Notes: generated from the letters alone by a model not told the origin. Numbered from the stretch's first letter, positions 31,222 to 43,160 are shown. The stretch is DNA of 64,000 nt from Eledone cirrhosa (GCA_964016885.1 OZ024741.1:223820001-223884000), one strand, 5' to 3'. A program made the numbers and translations.

Positions 31222-31487
31222 AATAATTGTTTCTACATTTGGCACAAGGCCATCAATTACCCAGTGCATTACTGGTACTTTATTTTATCGACCCCGTACG
31301 GATGAAAAGCAAAGTTAACCTCGGCGGGATTTGAACTCAGATCATAAAGGGACGTAACTATGCTTCAAAGCATGGTGTCCGACTCTCTACTGCTACTGCC
31401 AATCCACCACCCTTATATTATAGAAAATAATTGTTTCTACTTTAGGCACAAGGCCAGCAATTACCCAGTGCATTACTGGTACTTTAT
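31222..31487 (-). mobile_element. SINE family A plus partial tandem duplicate
   Basis: Full reverse copy 31222-31412; flank and tail repeated at 31415-31487. Confidence 0.85.
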
Positions 31488-31562
31488 GAAATGAAATCTA
31501 TTTTAAACAAACCGTTAAACCAATCAATTTTAGTACTTATATTGTCCATATATCATCATTGT

Positions 31563-31888
31563 GTGAAGGCGTGTGGCTTAGTGGTTAGGGCATTCGGCTC
31601 ACGATGGTAAAGTCATGATTTTGATTCCCGGCGGCGCGTTGTGTCCTTGAGCAAGACACTTTATTTCACGATGCTCCAATAAACTTAGCTGGCAAAAATG
31701 AGTTGTACCTGTAATTCGAAGAGTCAACCTTGTCACATTTTGTGTCACGCTGAATCTCCTGAGAACTAAGTTAGGAGTACGCGTGCACGTGGAATGCTCA
31801 GCCACTTACATATTAATTTCAAGAGCTGGCTGTTCCATTGATTGTATCAAATTGAATACTCGTCATCGTAACCGACCGAGTGCCAATC
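31563..31888 (+). mobile_element. tRNA-derived SINE family B, full length with 14-bp TSD
   Basis: A-box TGGCTTAGTGG, B-box-like TTTGATTCCC, TGTGTCCTTGAGCAAGACACTT core; TATATCATCATTGT at 31549-31562 and 31889-31902. Confidence 0.9.
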
Positions 31889-31989
31889 TATATCATCATT
31901 GTTCTTGTTTAAAATCTAGACTTACATTTTTAGCCAAAGTATCCTTCGTTGTTGTTGTTAACCTAAGTATGTGCTATAATATGTTGATC

Positions 31990-34900
31990 TGCTAGGGATC
32001 GGGTTGCAGGTGGCGGATAGCGATACTGTCACCAGATATGAGGGTTAGTTGCGCTAACAGCGGTAAACTACTCGGGGATATGGAGCAATGGTTGATACTG
32101 TTAACTACCAAGACAACTCTCACGACCCAGCGATGGAGCTACGACGAGGTAAATCCTCTAAAAAAAAAAAAAAGCCTAGTTTTCACGGGTCTGAGAAAAG
32201 TACCAAATTGGTGACTGGCGGGAATGGGAATACCAAAACACTGCAATATGGTCGGAAAGAGTAAAGACATCCATATTCCATTCTCCTTCGTTCAGGCCTT
32301 AGGTAAAGGGGCCTGTTTGACACTATATTATAGTCTCCACCCAACGCTGCAAGAACTAGTGATGGGCTCGTGACCTGTCATGGGAGGCGTGGGATGGACG
32401 CACAAAGGTTACGTATGCCGAAACCACAGAGAGAGCTTGGAAGGACGAAAACCTGGAAAGTTACAACTCTTATAAGCAAGGATCAGGAACTAGTGGCGGA
32501 GGTCAGAGTCAGGGTTTCCTCGACTAAGTTCCGTGGCTCTCGTGCTGTAGATTTGGAAGTAGGATGGAAACTCCATTATTCAGGTGTGGTGCGAGAAAAG
32601 ACTTCACAGGCGGGACTGAGGATACAAGCCCCCGACTGTCAGAATGTTATGGACTGGATCCCATTGAGAAGGAAGATTTGCCTCTTGAAACTTAGACTGA
32701 AAGATGGGCATGTGGTGCAAGTATATCTGCCAAACAAAAGGCTCGGATACAGGTCCTTCCTTGATGAAGTCACTACAACATTAGATGTAGTTAAGACTGA
32801 GTCATATATCCTAATGGGAGACTTTAATGGTGAAGTCACTGTAGATGTAGTTAAGACTGAGTCATATATCCTAATGGAAGACTTCAATGGTGAAGTCACT
32901 GTAGATGTAGTTAAGACTGAGTCATATATCCTAATGGGAGACTTCAATGGTGAAGTCACTGTAGATGTAGTTAAGACTGAGTCATATATCCTAATGGAAG
33001 ACTTCAATGGTGAAGTCACTGTAGATGTAGTTAATTAAGACAGTCATATATCATAATGGGAGACTTCAATGGTGAAGTTACTGTAGATGTAGTTAAGACT
33101 GAGTCATATATCCTAATGGAAGACTTTAATGCACATGTTGGTAATGACATGGAAAAGAGTGATTGGAAGGAACAGCTATCCCGATTTAAATATGAATGGA
33201 GAAGCCTTGTTATCCCTCTGGTCTAGTAATCGATTCTCTATTATAAACATCTTCTTGCAGCCCAAAGACATCCATAAATATAATCGTATAAGGGCAATCG
33301 AGGACAGATCAATAATTGATTTTGTTATTGTCTCTGATCACGTCGATTCTGTGTTGGATGTTCATGTTAAGAGAGGGGCTGAACTGTCAACTGATCACCA
33401 TCTAGTTATCTGCAACTTGAGACTACCTAAAGCCAAAGACGCTACAAAACTTACAAGTCCAGCTCGGCCTACGGGAGAAAAAGGGAAGCGAAGGCAGATA
33501 AGGAACTCAGGAACAGGTTTGCGGATACTATTGCATCCAAATTAGAGAGAACTCTCTGAGCAAACTGAGGACATTGAAACAGAGTGGTGACTGTTCAGTT
33601 CGGCAGTTTCTACTTCGGTTGTTTAATGCTGCGGGCGAAATCGGCTTGGTGTGGAGCCGGGTGGCAGGAGGACCCCTTGGTTAAATCAACTGGTTAAATG
33701 TACCACCTGAGCAAAGAAGGTGGCTTACAAAGCTTGACTTGGAAATAAGTCCTCCTTCTTACACTTGCGGTACAAGCAGGCGCGAAAAGTCACAGCAGAT
33801 ACAGTAAAGGCCTTCAAAATTAAGACATGTGAGGACTCTGGGGTTTGCTGGATCAACAAATAAAGTGTTCTGACAGGCCATCCGCCGACTTCATAATAAG
33901 AAGTCCTCCTCCATCAGGAACGCGTCTGGAGTTCTCTTTTTTTTTTTAGAGGTGCATCCTGGCGAGGTGGAGAAAACACTTTGCCGAGTTCCTAAAATCC
34001 GACTGCAACAGCATCTTCTAGTGTACACGAGGTGCATCTGGGTGTGTTGACTAACCTCTTGGAGGCTGAGGTCACAAGAGTTTAATGAGGATGGAATTTA
34101 GTCCAAAATATTAAAAGCCTTAAATGGAGAAGGTATCTCTGGTGCCAGATGGCCTGGACCTCTGGAAAGATACCTATGCAATGGTAATTGGGAGTATAAT
34201 CCCAATTTTCAAAAAGGGAAACAAAAGCGATTGTTCCAGTTATGATTCTCCCTGTTAAGCCTCTTGGTAAAGTCTATGCTATGTATCTGGCAAAGAGATG
34301 TAGGAATATTGTTTTTACCCCGGGCGCAGCACAACTGAACAAATATTCACGGCGCAGCAGGTCTTTAAGAAACCATGGGAGTAACTCCAAGAGGTGCAAA
34401 GTTCTGCTGCAGTATGGGATCGATGGACAGCTTCTTCTTACCCCGAAGTCTCTATACGAATGCCCGAGTATTTGTGTTCGGATAAATGGTGCTTAGTCTA
34501 AACCATTCAATGTGGGTGTCAGACTCCGCCAAGGGTGGGTACTGTCAGCTCTCCTGTTCGTAATCGTTATGGACAGGATTGCCATGCACAGCCAGGTTGA
34601 GAGTGATATCGAGATTGACAGGTGAAGGATCAGCTGGCTATAATTTGCGGATGACATGGTATTACTTAACTCATCAGAAGGTGATCTCTGACATGCATTT
34701 AATAGGTTTGATGCCGAGTGTTGCACGGCTGGAATGAAAATTAGTGCTGCGAAAACTGAGGCACTTGTTCTCTCAAGGAAGCCTATAAATTACACTCTAC
34801 ATGTGAGTGTAGTTCTACTAAAGCAGGTGGAGAAGTTCAAATATCTCGGGCTCGTGTTAATGAGTGATGGATGGTAGGAGGCTGAATTAAGTGCAAGAAT

Positions 34901-35385
34901 TGCAGGAGTTTGTGCAGTAATTCACCAGCTCCATCATGCGGTAATCAGAAGAAAGGAGGTAGGTGTAAAAGCCAAAGTTGTTATCTTCAATATGGTCACA
35001 TGAGTTTTGGGTAATGACCGAAAGAATATGATCGCGAATACAAGCAGCCAAAATGGGGTTCCACCGGTCTTTGGAGTAACGTTACACGATAGTGTCCATA
35101 GATCGGAGATCAGAGAACGTCTTCAGATGGAGCCACTACTTTTTCGAATTGAGAGATAGGACCTGCGGTTAGAATGACTGGACAGATTTTACGGACAAAA
35201 CTAACCGGCAGAAGACCTAGGGATAGTCCCTGAGCAAGATGGTTGGTTGGATAACATCCATGAACTCCATGGTCCTACTTGGGGATCTAGTCGGATCAAG
35301 TGGAGACGGTTGCTTCTGACAGGGCTCCGCTCCCTTGAACCCCCCCCCCCCCATCCAGGATTAAGTGATTGAAGAAGAAAAAGAA
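31990..35385 (+). mobile_element. Near-full-length decayed RTE-clade LINE (APE endonuclease + reverse transcriptase)
   Basis: APE motifs (VQVYLP, GDFN/DFNAHVG, SIIDFVIVS, STDHHLV); RT motifs (PIFKKGN, LRQGWVLSALLF, FADDMV, EKFKYLG); GAA-rich tail; many stops and frameshifts; 5' boundary approximate. Confidence 0.92.
32764..33131 (+). repeat. 60-bp tandem repeat (6 copies) inside the RTE endonuclease
   Basis: Unit encodes VTVDVVKTESYILM(G/E)DFNGE. Confidence 0.95.
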
Positions 35386-35459
35386 CTGTTTCATTCGTAT
35401 GAAAATCTAATTTCATACGAATGAAAGTCCTAGTCCTGTCGAAGCCTTTTCTATATTAA

Positions 35460-35679
35460 ATAATGATTTCTTATATAGGCACAAGGCCAGCAATTTTGGG
35501 GGAGAGGAAAGTCGATTAAATTGACCCCAGTGCGTGGCTGGTACTTTATTTTATCGACCCCGTAAGGATGAAAGGCAAAGTCAACCTCGGCGGGATTTGA
35601 ACTCAGATCGTAAAGGGACGTAACTATGCTGGAAAGCATGGCGTCCGACCCTCTACCGATACTGCCAACCCACCGCCCA
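35460..35679 (-). mobile_element. SINE family A, young copy with TSD
   Basis: Full reverse copy; TTTCTATATTA(A/G)ATAATGAT on both sides. Confidence 0.9.
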
Positions 35680-35792
35680 TTTCTATATTAGATAATGATA
35701 TATATATGTATATATATAACGTAAATTAAACATAAGCATATCGTGTATGCTTATATGTGTACCTCTAATATATATATATATATATATATATA

Positions 35793-35866
35793 CCCCACTC
35801 TCAAGAGCGTGAAATTAATAAACATTTGTTGTACTGCTTCTCTGTTTTGTTCCCGTTCAATTTTTC

Positions 35867-35899
<33 letters not shown>

Positions 35900-36097
35900 C
35901 GCTATATGTCTCTCCACCACTCCCCTACACACCTTTTGAACTCTGTTCCCACACACTTCTCACCTGAGGAAGGGCTTATGCCCGAAACGTCGTCCCGCAC
36001 CTACCCCCCCCCCCCCCCCCCACTCTCCTGAGCGTGAAATTAATAAACATTTATTGTACTGCCTCTCTGTTTTGTCCCTGTTCAAATTTTTCCATTA
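35793..36097 (+). mobile_element. Penelope-like pLTR or retrozyme-like unit: hammerhead core between about 75-bp direct repeats
   Basis: CTGAGGA-A-GGGC-TTAT-GCCC-GAAACGTC at 35964-35991; CCCACTCTC..GAGCGTGAAATTAATAAACATTT..TCATTA repeated at 35795-35870 and 36019-36097. Confidence 0.7.
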
Positions 36098-36574
36098 TAT
36101 ATATATATATATAATGTGTGTGTGTGTATTTATGTATGTATGTATATAGCCACCGACTTCTCAACCGCATCACAATCCAACTACAGCGCTTTAACACTTA
36201 CACAAACACCATTATCAAGGAAACTTCAATTACTACTTTCTGATTATCAAATTGTACAGGTAACAAAAAGACGTAACACTACATTCTAAACAATCTACAC
36301 CAACAGGCAAACATGTATTTCACCAAGCCTTCCCAGACATCACATGTCGCTTTACATACCTAGCCATTACTAACACTTGGTAAACACCCCACCAACGTTT
36401 TTCAGACCACCTATCAATTATCACCACAACATACTCAGGTGCCAATGAAGAAAGTAAGAAACACGTATACAAACTTCAAAAGGACACAACAGAGTGATTT
36501 TAATGAAGATACGCAATCACGGTTTCCAGAATTCAACAACACTGCATTCACCTACATACACTCTATCGACTAAT

Positions 36575-36795
36575 ATAATGGTTTCTTATATAGGCACAAG
36601 GCCAGCAATTTTGGGGGAGGGGAAAGTCGATTATATCAACCTCAGCGCGTTACTGGTACTTTATTATATCGACCCCGCAAGGATGAAATGCAAAGTTAAC
36701 CTCGGCGGATTTGACCTCAGATCATAAAGGGCCGTAACTCTATGCTGAAAAGCATGGCGTCCGACCCCCTACCAATACTGCCAATCCACCGCCCT
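36575..36795 (-). mobile_element. SINE family A with TSD
   Basis: Full reverse copy; TCTATCGACTAATAT on both sides. Confidence 0.9.
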
Positions 36796-36869
36796 TCTAT
36801 CGACTAATATGATAGCCTTGTGTATTTGTCCGTTATAAAGTAGAGATGACTGAGGAAGAAAGGGGTGTG

Positions 36870-37002
36870 TTTGCATCAGGTGTGTGAGTGAGCGCGAAGG
36901 AACCAACAAACCAACCAGCAAACAAACAAACATCTCTTTTTTTTATATTATGTATAGATATTACAATTAGCCGTCATTTTTGACGCCACGAGGCCAGCTA
37001 GT
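36870..37002. mobile_element. Possible Helitron-type termini
   Basis: Minus-strand A|TCTATACATAATATAAA...(GTTT)n start at 36958; plus-strand short hairpin followed by CTAG|T at 36998-37002. Confidence 0.4.
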
Positions 37003-37231
37003 AATATCATAATATCCAACAAAATAATTATAAACGCACACAAAAGACATTCCACAAGGCAATATATTATATACAACCCCAATTATACATTTTAAAAATA
37101 ACCAATAAGAGACGAAATACACAAAAACCATGCACAACCCAACAAGGATATTAAAAAAAGTAATAGAAATACTTTTTTTTCAAAAGCGTAACATAGAAAA
37201 TATATGGTGACTGAAAAAAACAAAGGAAGCT

Positions 37232-38012
37232 TCTAACTACCAAGTGTACCACACTAACTACCACGTGTACCACACTAACTACCACGTGTACCACACTAAC
37301 TACCACGTGTACCACTCTAACTACCAAGTGTACCACACTAACTACCACGTGTACCACTCCAACTACCAAGTGTACCACTCCAACTACCAAGTGTACCACA
37401 CTAACTACCACGTGTACCACTCTAACTACCACGTGTACCACTCTAACTACCACGTGTACCACACTAACTACCACGTGTACCACACTAACTTCCACGTGTA
37501 CCACACTAACTTCCACGTGTACCACACTAACTTCCACGTGTACCACTCCAACTACCACGTGTACCACTCTAACTACCACGTGTACCACACTAACTTCCAC
37601 GTGTACCACACTAACTTCCACGTGTACCACTCCAACTACCACGTGTACCACTCCAACTACCACGTATACCGTTCCAACTACCACCTCTACCACTCCAACT
37701 ACCACGTATACCACTCCAGCTACCATGTGTAATGTGTACAGCTCTAACTACCACGTGTACCATTCTAACCACTCCAGCTACCACGTATACCACTCCAACT
37801 ACCACGTGTACCACTCCAGCTACCCCACGTGTACCATTCTAATTACCACGTGTACCACTCTAACTACCACGTATACCACTCCAACTACCATGTGTACCAC
37901 TCCCACTACCACGTATGCCACTCCAACTAGCACGTGTACCACTCTCACTACCACGTATACCACTCCCACGTATGCCACTCCAACTAGCACGTGTACCACT
38001 CCAGCTACCACG
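37232..38012. repeat. 21-bp minisatellite (CCACGTGTACCACACTAACTA)
   Basis: About 35 copies, degenerating toward the 3' side. Confidence 0.95.
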
Positions 38013-38019
38013 TCGCTTC

Positions 38020-38250
38020 ATGTGTCTTGGGCATTTTAAACCTGGCGGAGTCCATCCCCTTTCCGAATCTGAATACAGCTGATTTCTTCCAGAAAGAGAG
38101 AGAGAGAGAAGTGAAAAAGAAATTTAGAGGAAGCATCAGTCCCGGTACAGAACTGGTACTTTTTTTTTATCGACCTTGAAAGGACGAAAGTCAGGTTTGA
38201 CCTCAGCAGGATTTGACCTCAGAGAGCAGAGGACGGAAATAAATACCCCT
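38020..38250 (-). mobile_element. SINE family A variant
   Basis: Reverse core and alternative tail. Confidence 0.75.
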
Positions 38251-38271
38251 TAACATTTACATTATTCTATA

Positions 38272-38930
38272 TGGTGGATTGGCAGTATCGGTAGAGGGTC
38301 GGACGCCATGCTTTCCAGCATAGTTACGTCCCTTTACGATCTGAGTTCAAATCCCGCCGAGGTTGACTTTGCCTTTCATCCTTACGGGGTCGATAAAATA
38401 AAGTACCAGTAATGCACTGGGTAATTGCTGGCCCTGTGCCTAAAGTAGAAACAATTATTCTATATATATACTATTGTATTGTCACAGTAAACACTTTACC
38501 TCACATAATTGTGGATTGGCGTATCGGTAGAGGGTCGGACGCCATACTTTGACGCATAGTTACGGCCCTTTCCATTCTGAGTTCAAATCCCGCCGAGGTT
38601 GACTTTGCCTTTCATCCTTACGGGGTCGATAAAATAAAGTACCAGTAATGCACTGGGTAATTGCTGGCCCTGTGCCTAAAGTAGAAACAATTATTCTATA
38701 TATATACTATTGTATTGTCACAGTAAACACTTTACCTCACATAATTGTGGATTGGCGTATCGGTAGAGGGTCGGACGCCATACTTTGACGCATAGTTACG
38801 GCCCTTTCCATTCTGAGTTCAAATCTCGCCGAGGTTAACTTTGCCTTTCATCCTTACGGGGTCGATAATATAAAGTACCAGTAATGCACTGGGATAATTG
38901 CTGGCCTTGTGCCTAAAGTAGAAACAGTAA
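38272..38930 (+). mobile_element. Three SINE A copies in tandem (period about 237 bp, including a shared spacer)
   Basis: Copies at about 38272, 38510 and 38747; identical spacer TATATATATACTATTGTATTGTCACAG...CATAATT occurs twice. Confidence 0.92.
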
Positions 38931-38969
38931 TTTTCTCACATAATATCGAATCTATGAGAATTTAATATT

Positions 38970-39087
38970 ATTTATTTTGAAAACAATTCCTTGACATAAG
39001 TATGAGGGGTCAGTTACAGCCGGTTTGAATAAAATGAGGATAGAGAATTCTGGCCGGATACGGCCGGTTTAAATGCTAAAGGGTTGA
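38970..39087. mobile_element. Possible piggyBac-like MITE end; second copy at about 63795-63893
   Basis: CATAAGTATGAG...ATTCTGGC.GGATA.G.CCGGTTTAAAT.CTAAAG.GTT(A/G)A in both copies; a CCC-type end followed by a TTAA-like site. Confidence 0.5.
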
Positions 39088-39448
39088 GCATTCTATCCGA
39101 CGTTCTAATGACTCTGCCAATCCGCCGCCTGTTTATCAAACTCTAGAGAACATCAAATGATCACCAACGATCACATTCAAATAAACATGTCGGAGAGAGA
39201 GAGAGAGTGGAGGGGAGAGGACAAAAATACTAGGAGTTACATACAACTTCTCCAGTCGGAGAAAATAGAAAAGTCAGCGCAACGAAAGATCTTATAGCAG
39301 TCATGGACTAACTGCAGCCCTTTCTGAATGGCATGCCTAACGAAACATTACCTATGCGAGGGTCAGCTGAAAAGTTCATAGACTCACTGTGAAGGTGTGA
39401 TGCTAGAGCTGTGGAATCTTGCATGCATTAATTTCAACTCTTCTTATT

Positions 39449-39886
39449 GTGAATTGGCAGTATCGGTGGATTGGCAGTATCGGTAGAGGGTCGGACGCCA
39501 TGCTTTCCAGCATAGTTACGTCCCTTTGCGGTCTGAGTTCAAATCCCGCCGAGGTTGACTTTGCCTTTCATCCTTACGGGGTCGATAAAATAAAGTACCA
39601 GTAATGCACTGGATAATTGCTGGCCTTGTGCCTAAAGTAGAAACAATTAATTTCAACTCTTCTTATTAATGGTTTCTTATATAGGCACAAGGCCAGCAAT
39701 TGGGGGTGGGGGAAGTCGATTAAATCGACTCCAGTGCATGACTGGTACTTTATTTTATCGAACCCGTAAAGATGAAAGGCAAAGTTAACCTCGGCGGGAG
39801 TTGAACTCAGATCATAAAGGGCCGTAACTCTATGCTGCAAAGCATGGCGTCCGACCCTCTACCGATACTGCCTATCCACCGCCCTA
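39449..39886. mobile_element. Tail-to-tail pair of SINE A copies with overlapping TSDs
   Basis: + copy 39449-39645 with 22-bp TSD; - copy 39671-39886 with 13-bp TSD. Confidence 0.92.
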
Positions 39887-40266
39887 AGTCTTCTTATTAA
39901 TAACTGGATTGTTTCTTTCCAGAGACCATGTTGAAAAATATACCTCATTTGGTCATTCCATGAGAGCATCTTGGTCAGCCGACGTTCGTATCTCATGTGG
40001 TCCACTGTTCGGAAAAGGGTTACCCAGGTTTGTCTCACAGCAGTCGCAGAGATCACATTTGTAGAGACAAACACTATCACCTGTAATTGCTTTACTCAAC
40101 GCAGCCTTTTATACAGGATGTGATGCCTTCCTGTCACTTTTATAACAGAATATAATTCAGCCAATCGCATACCATATATAATTTCCAAGATACATAGTAA
40201 CACCTAATTTTATTTTATCGCATCAACCATAATAATACACCATGTGTTTATATATATATATATATA

Positions 40267-40329
<63 letters not shown>

Positions 40330-40659
40330 TAAGCGTATTGCTCCTATATATATTTTTTTGTGGGGGGGGGGGGGCGTGCAGACGTTCATAATTTTCCCAC
40401 AAAAATGTCTAAATTTTCCGATAATTTTTATTTATTATTGGGGGGGGGGGCCCTGCACTCCCAGCAATACACCACATACACATATATACACATATATACA
40501 CATATATACACATATATATCCGTCTGTAACTCTTCAAGATTTACATATACAAACACGCAATGCGTTTCCTATCACATTCATGTTACTACAACGTGTAGTT
40601 TCCTTTCCTATCATAAGGTCCTAGGTTCTAACTAAATTTGTCCCTTTGTAAATAGTGAG

Positions 40660-41047
40660 AAAGAGATATAGAGAAAGAATCGACTCCAGTACCGTACTGG
40701 TACTTTTTTTATCGACCTCGAAATCCCTCGGCCGGTTTTTGAACACAGAGCGCAGAGAGCCAGAATGAATACCACAAAATATTCTATCAAACGTTCTAAC
40801 GACTCTGCTAAATCGCCGCGCCGCCTTCATTGGTGTATTGTTTATATGAAAAAATAAGGGCGGTGGATTGGCAGTATCGGTAGAGGGTCGGACGCCATGC
40901 TTTCCAGCATAGTTACGTCCCTTTACCATCTGAGTTCAAATCCCGCCGAGGTTGACTTTGCCTTTCATCCTTACGGGGTCGATAAAATAAAATACCAGTA
41001 ATGCACTGGGTAATTGCTGGCCTTGTGCCTAAAGTAGAAACAATTAT
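40660..41047. mobile_element. Two SINE A copies head-to-head (old - copy 40660-40825; young + copy 40858-41047)
   Basis: Family core in both orientations; TTTATATGAAAAA flanks the + copy. Confidence 0.85.
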
Positions 41048-41272
41048 TTATATGAAAAAGAAAAAAAAAAAAATTCATAAAACTTTTCGTTCATGAAATG
41101 ATATTTACTCTTTTTTTTTTTTTTTTTCTAACTAGAACATATAGAAAATAGAACTATTAGGCACTGCACACATATTACAAATATACTAGAAAAAAAACCA
41201 AACACTTCACGTACCCTAGGTATACAGAGTTGTACTCGGTAATTCAGTGACAGCACACTATAAAATAGGACA

Positions 41273-42117
41273 CTTCCTCTTCTTCTTCCACTTATTCCTG
41301 GAGAAAGTCGTGCGGGCAGAGTCCTTCAAACACCCCTTCCAGTGGGTCCTGTCAGAAGCAACCGTTTCCAACTGATCCGGCTGGATCCCCAAGCGAGACG
41401 AGCCGAATTCATGGATGTTATCCAACCATCTTACTCGGGATCTACCCCCTGGATCTCGTGCCAGTTGGTTTTGCCCGTAAAATCTGTCCAATGATTCTTT
41501 CCTGAGATATTCTAACCACATGCCTATAATACCAGAGCTGTGATCTCTCAATTCGGAGAAGTAGCAGCTCTACCTCGATCGACTCTCTGATCTCCGAGCT
41601 ACGCACTCTATCGAGTAACATTACTCCCAAACATTTCGGAAGAACCCCATTTCGGCAGCTTGTATTCACGATTCTATTCTTTCGGTCATTACCCAAGATT
41701 CATGAACATTGGGAAGGGTTGGTACGGATGCCAAATTGAAGATAGCGAGTTTGGCTTTTACACCTACCTCCCTTCTTCTTATTACCGCATGCTGAAGCTG
41801 GTGCATTACTGCACCAACTCCTGCAATTTTTGCACTTAATTCAGCCTCCTACCTTCCATCACTCATGAACACGGCCCCGAGATGCTTGAACTTCTCCACC
41901 TGCTTCAGTGGGAGTCCACTGCGCAGGTTTCCGTGAGAAGATGAGTCTCAGATTTCGAAGCACTAATTTTCATTCCAGCCATGTAGCACTCGGCATCAAA
42001 CCTACCAAGTGATGTTGGAGATCACCTTCTGTTAAGTTACGTAATACCATGTCGGCTGCAAATTCCACCTGACTGATTCTACACTTGCTTGTAACCCTTC
42101 TGCGCATGTCAATCCTG
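41273..42117 (-). mobile_element. 5'-truncated RTE LINE, same family as 31990-35385
   Basis: Reverse complement matches about 34600-35380 (KQVEKFKHLG, RVRSSEIRES, VRWLDNI); GAA tail. Confidence 0.9.
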
Positions 42118-42944
42118 TTCATGAGCACTCTACTACCCTAAGTATCGAGTACTCTGGTGCGTTATGGTCCACCTGGTTCCTAACTACACTTCCTTCGTTA
42201 TATATATATATATAATTCTTGTCTTGAATTTTACTTCTGGACAGAGAAAGTCTCTTGATGATTTGGGATTTCTCGCGATACTCTACTCGGAGTTTCGTTA
42301 TTTTCCTAATGAATCTATCCTTAGAGGGGCTCTGGCGCAACTGCATTGTAAGTTTGATAGGTTAGCGGTCGAGAGTGTAACCAAACCAATGAAGGCGCGT
42401 TTTGAATAGAAGTTGTTGAAGAGAATGAACGCGGCAGCAACAACACATTTCTGAGTTCGACACACAATCCAATGCACGAACTCATGGAATATTTAGCGAA
42501 GGTTAAAGTCAAACATTTCCAGTTTGTCAATCTCACTGGCCATGTCTCGTGGCCATAGAGAAATATGGTGCGAATAAGTGCTTAGTAGATGTATATCCAC
42601 CCCCCACCCACCCTATAAGATACACCTGGATCTTATAGGGATAATGTAAGAGATATAATCGAGACAGTTAAAGGCTTTCATTATAGAAATTCAAAAATGA
42701 AATTAAACAGAAAAAATAGAAATACTTTCGTTTTTACTTCGTTTTTCTTTTTCAATATGAAATTCTTTGGAGTAACTTGGCATTTTATTGACATAGGTTA
42801 GTTTCATCAATGCTTTCTGGTCATTTAGATGATGAGTTCGTTAGCGTCAGTTATTTGGTCTAACTGTTGCTAATGTGTTTGACAACATATATGTATGAAT
42901 CCATAATTCTTGATAGTCATAGAGACACCGCATTGACATACAAC

Positions 42945-43160
42945 GTGTCTTGGGCATTTTAAACTCGGCTGTGTCCATCTCCTCTCCAGATCTGATTTCT
43001 TCGAGAGGGAGAGAGAGTCGGGCCTAGTACTGGAATGATACATTTTTATCGACTTCGAAAAGATGAAAAGCAAAGCTGATCCCTGCGAGTTTTGAACCCA
43101 TAACGCAGAAAGCCAGAACGAATACTACCCGACATTTTAACGACTCTGCTAATTCGTCAC
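42945..43160 (-). mobile_element. SINE family A variant
   Basis: Reverse core GATGAAAAGCAAAG...TTTGAACCC and alternative tail. Confidence 0.7.

Noticed and set aside
31567-31640. tRNA-like A and B boxes
   Set aside because: No cloverleaf; continues into a SINE body bounded by a TSD
37151-38039. Val/His-rich and YHxNYHV ORFs
   Set aside because: By-product of the 21-bp minisatellite; open on both strands
42230-42480. Complex island with an 81-aa ORF
   Set aside because: The ORF starts inside a repeat and TA run and has no recognisable motif; cannot be called without a search
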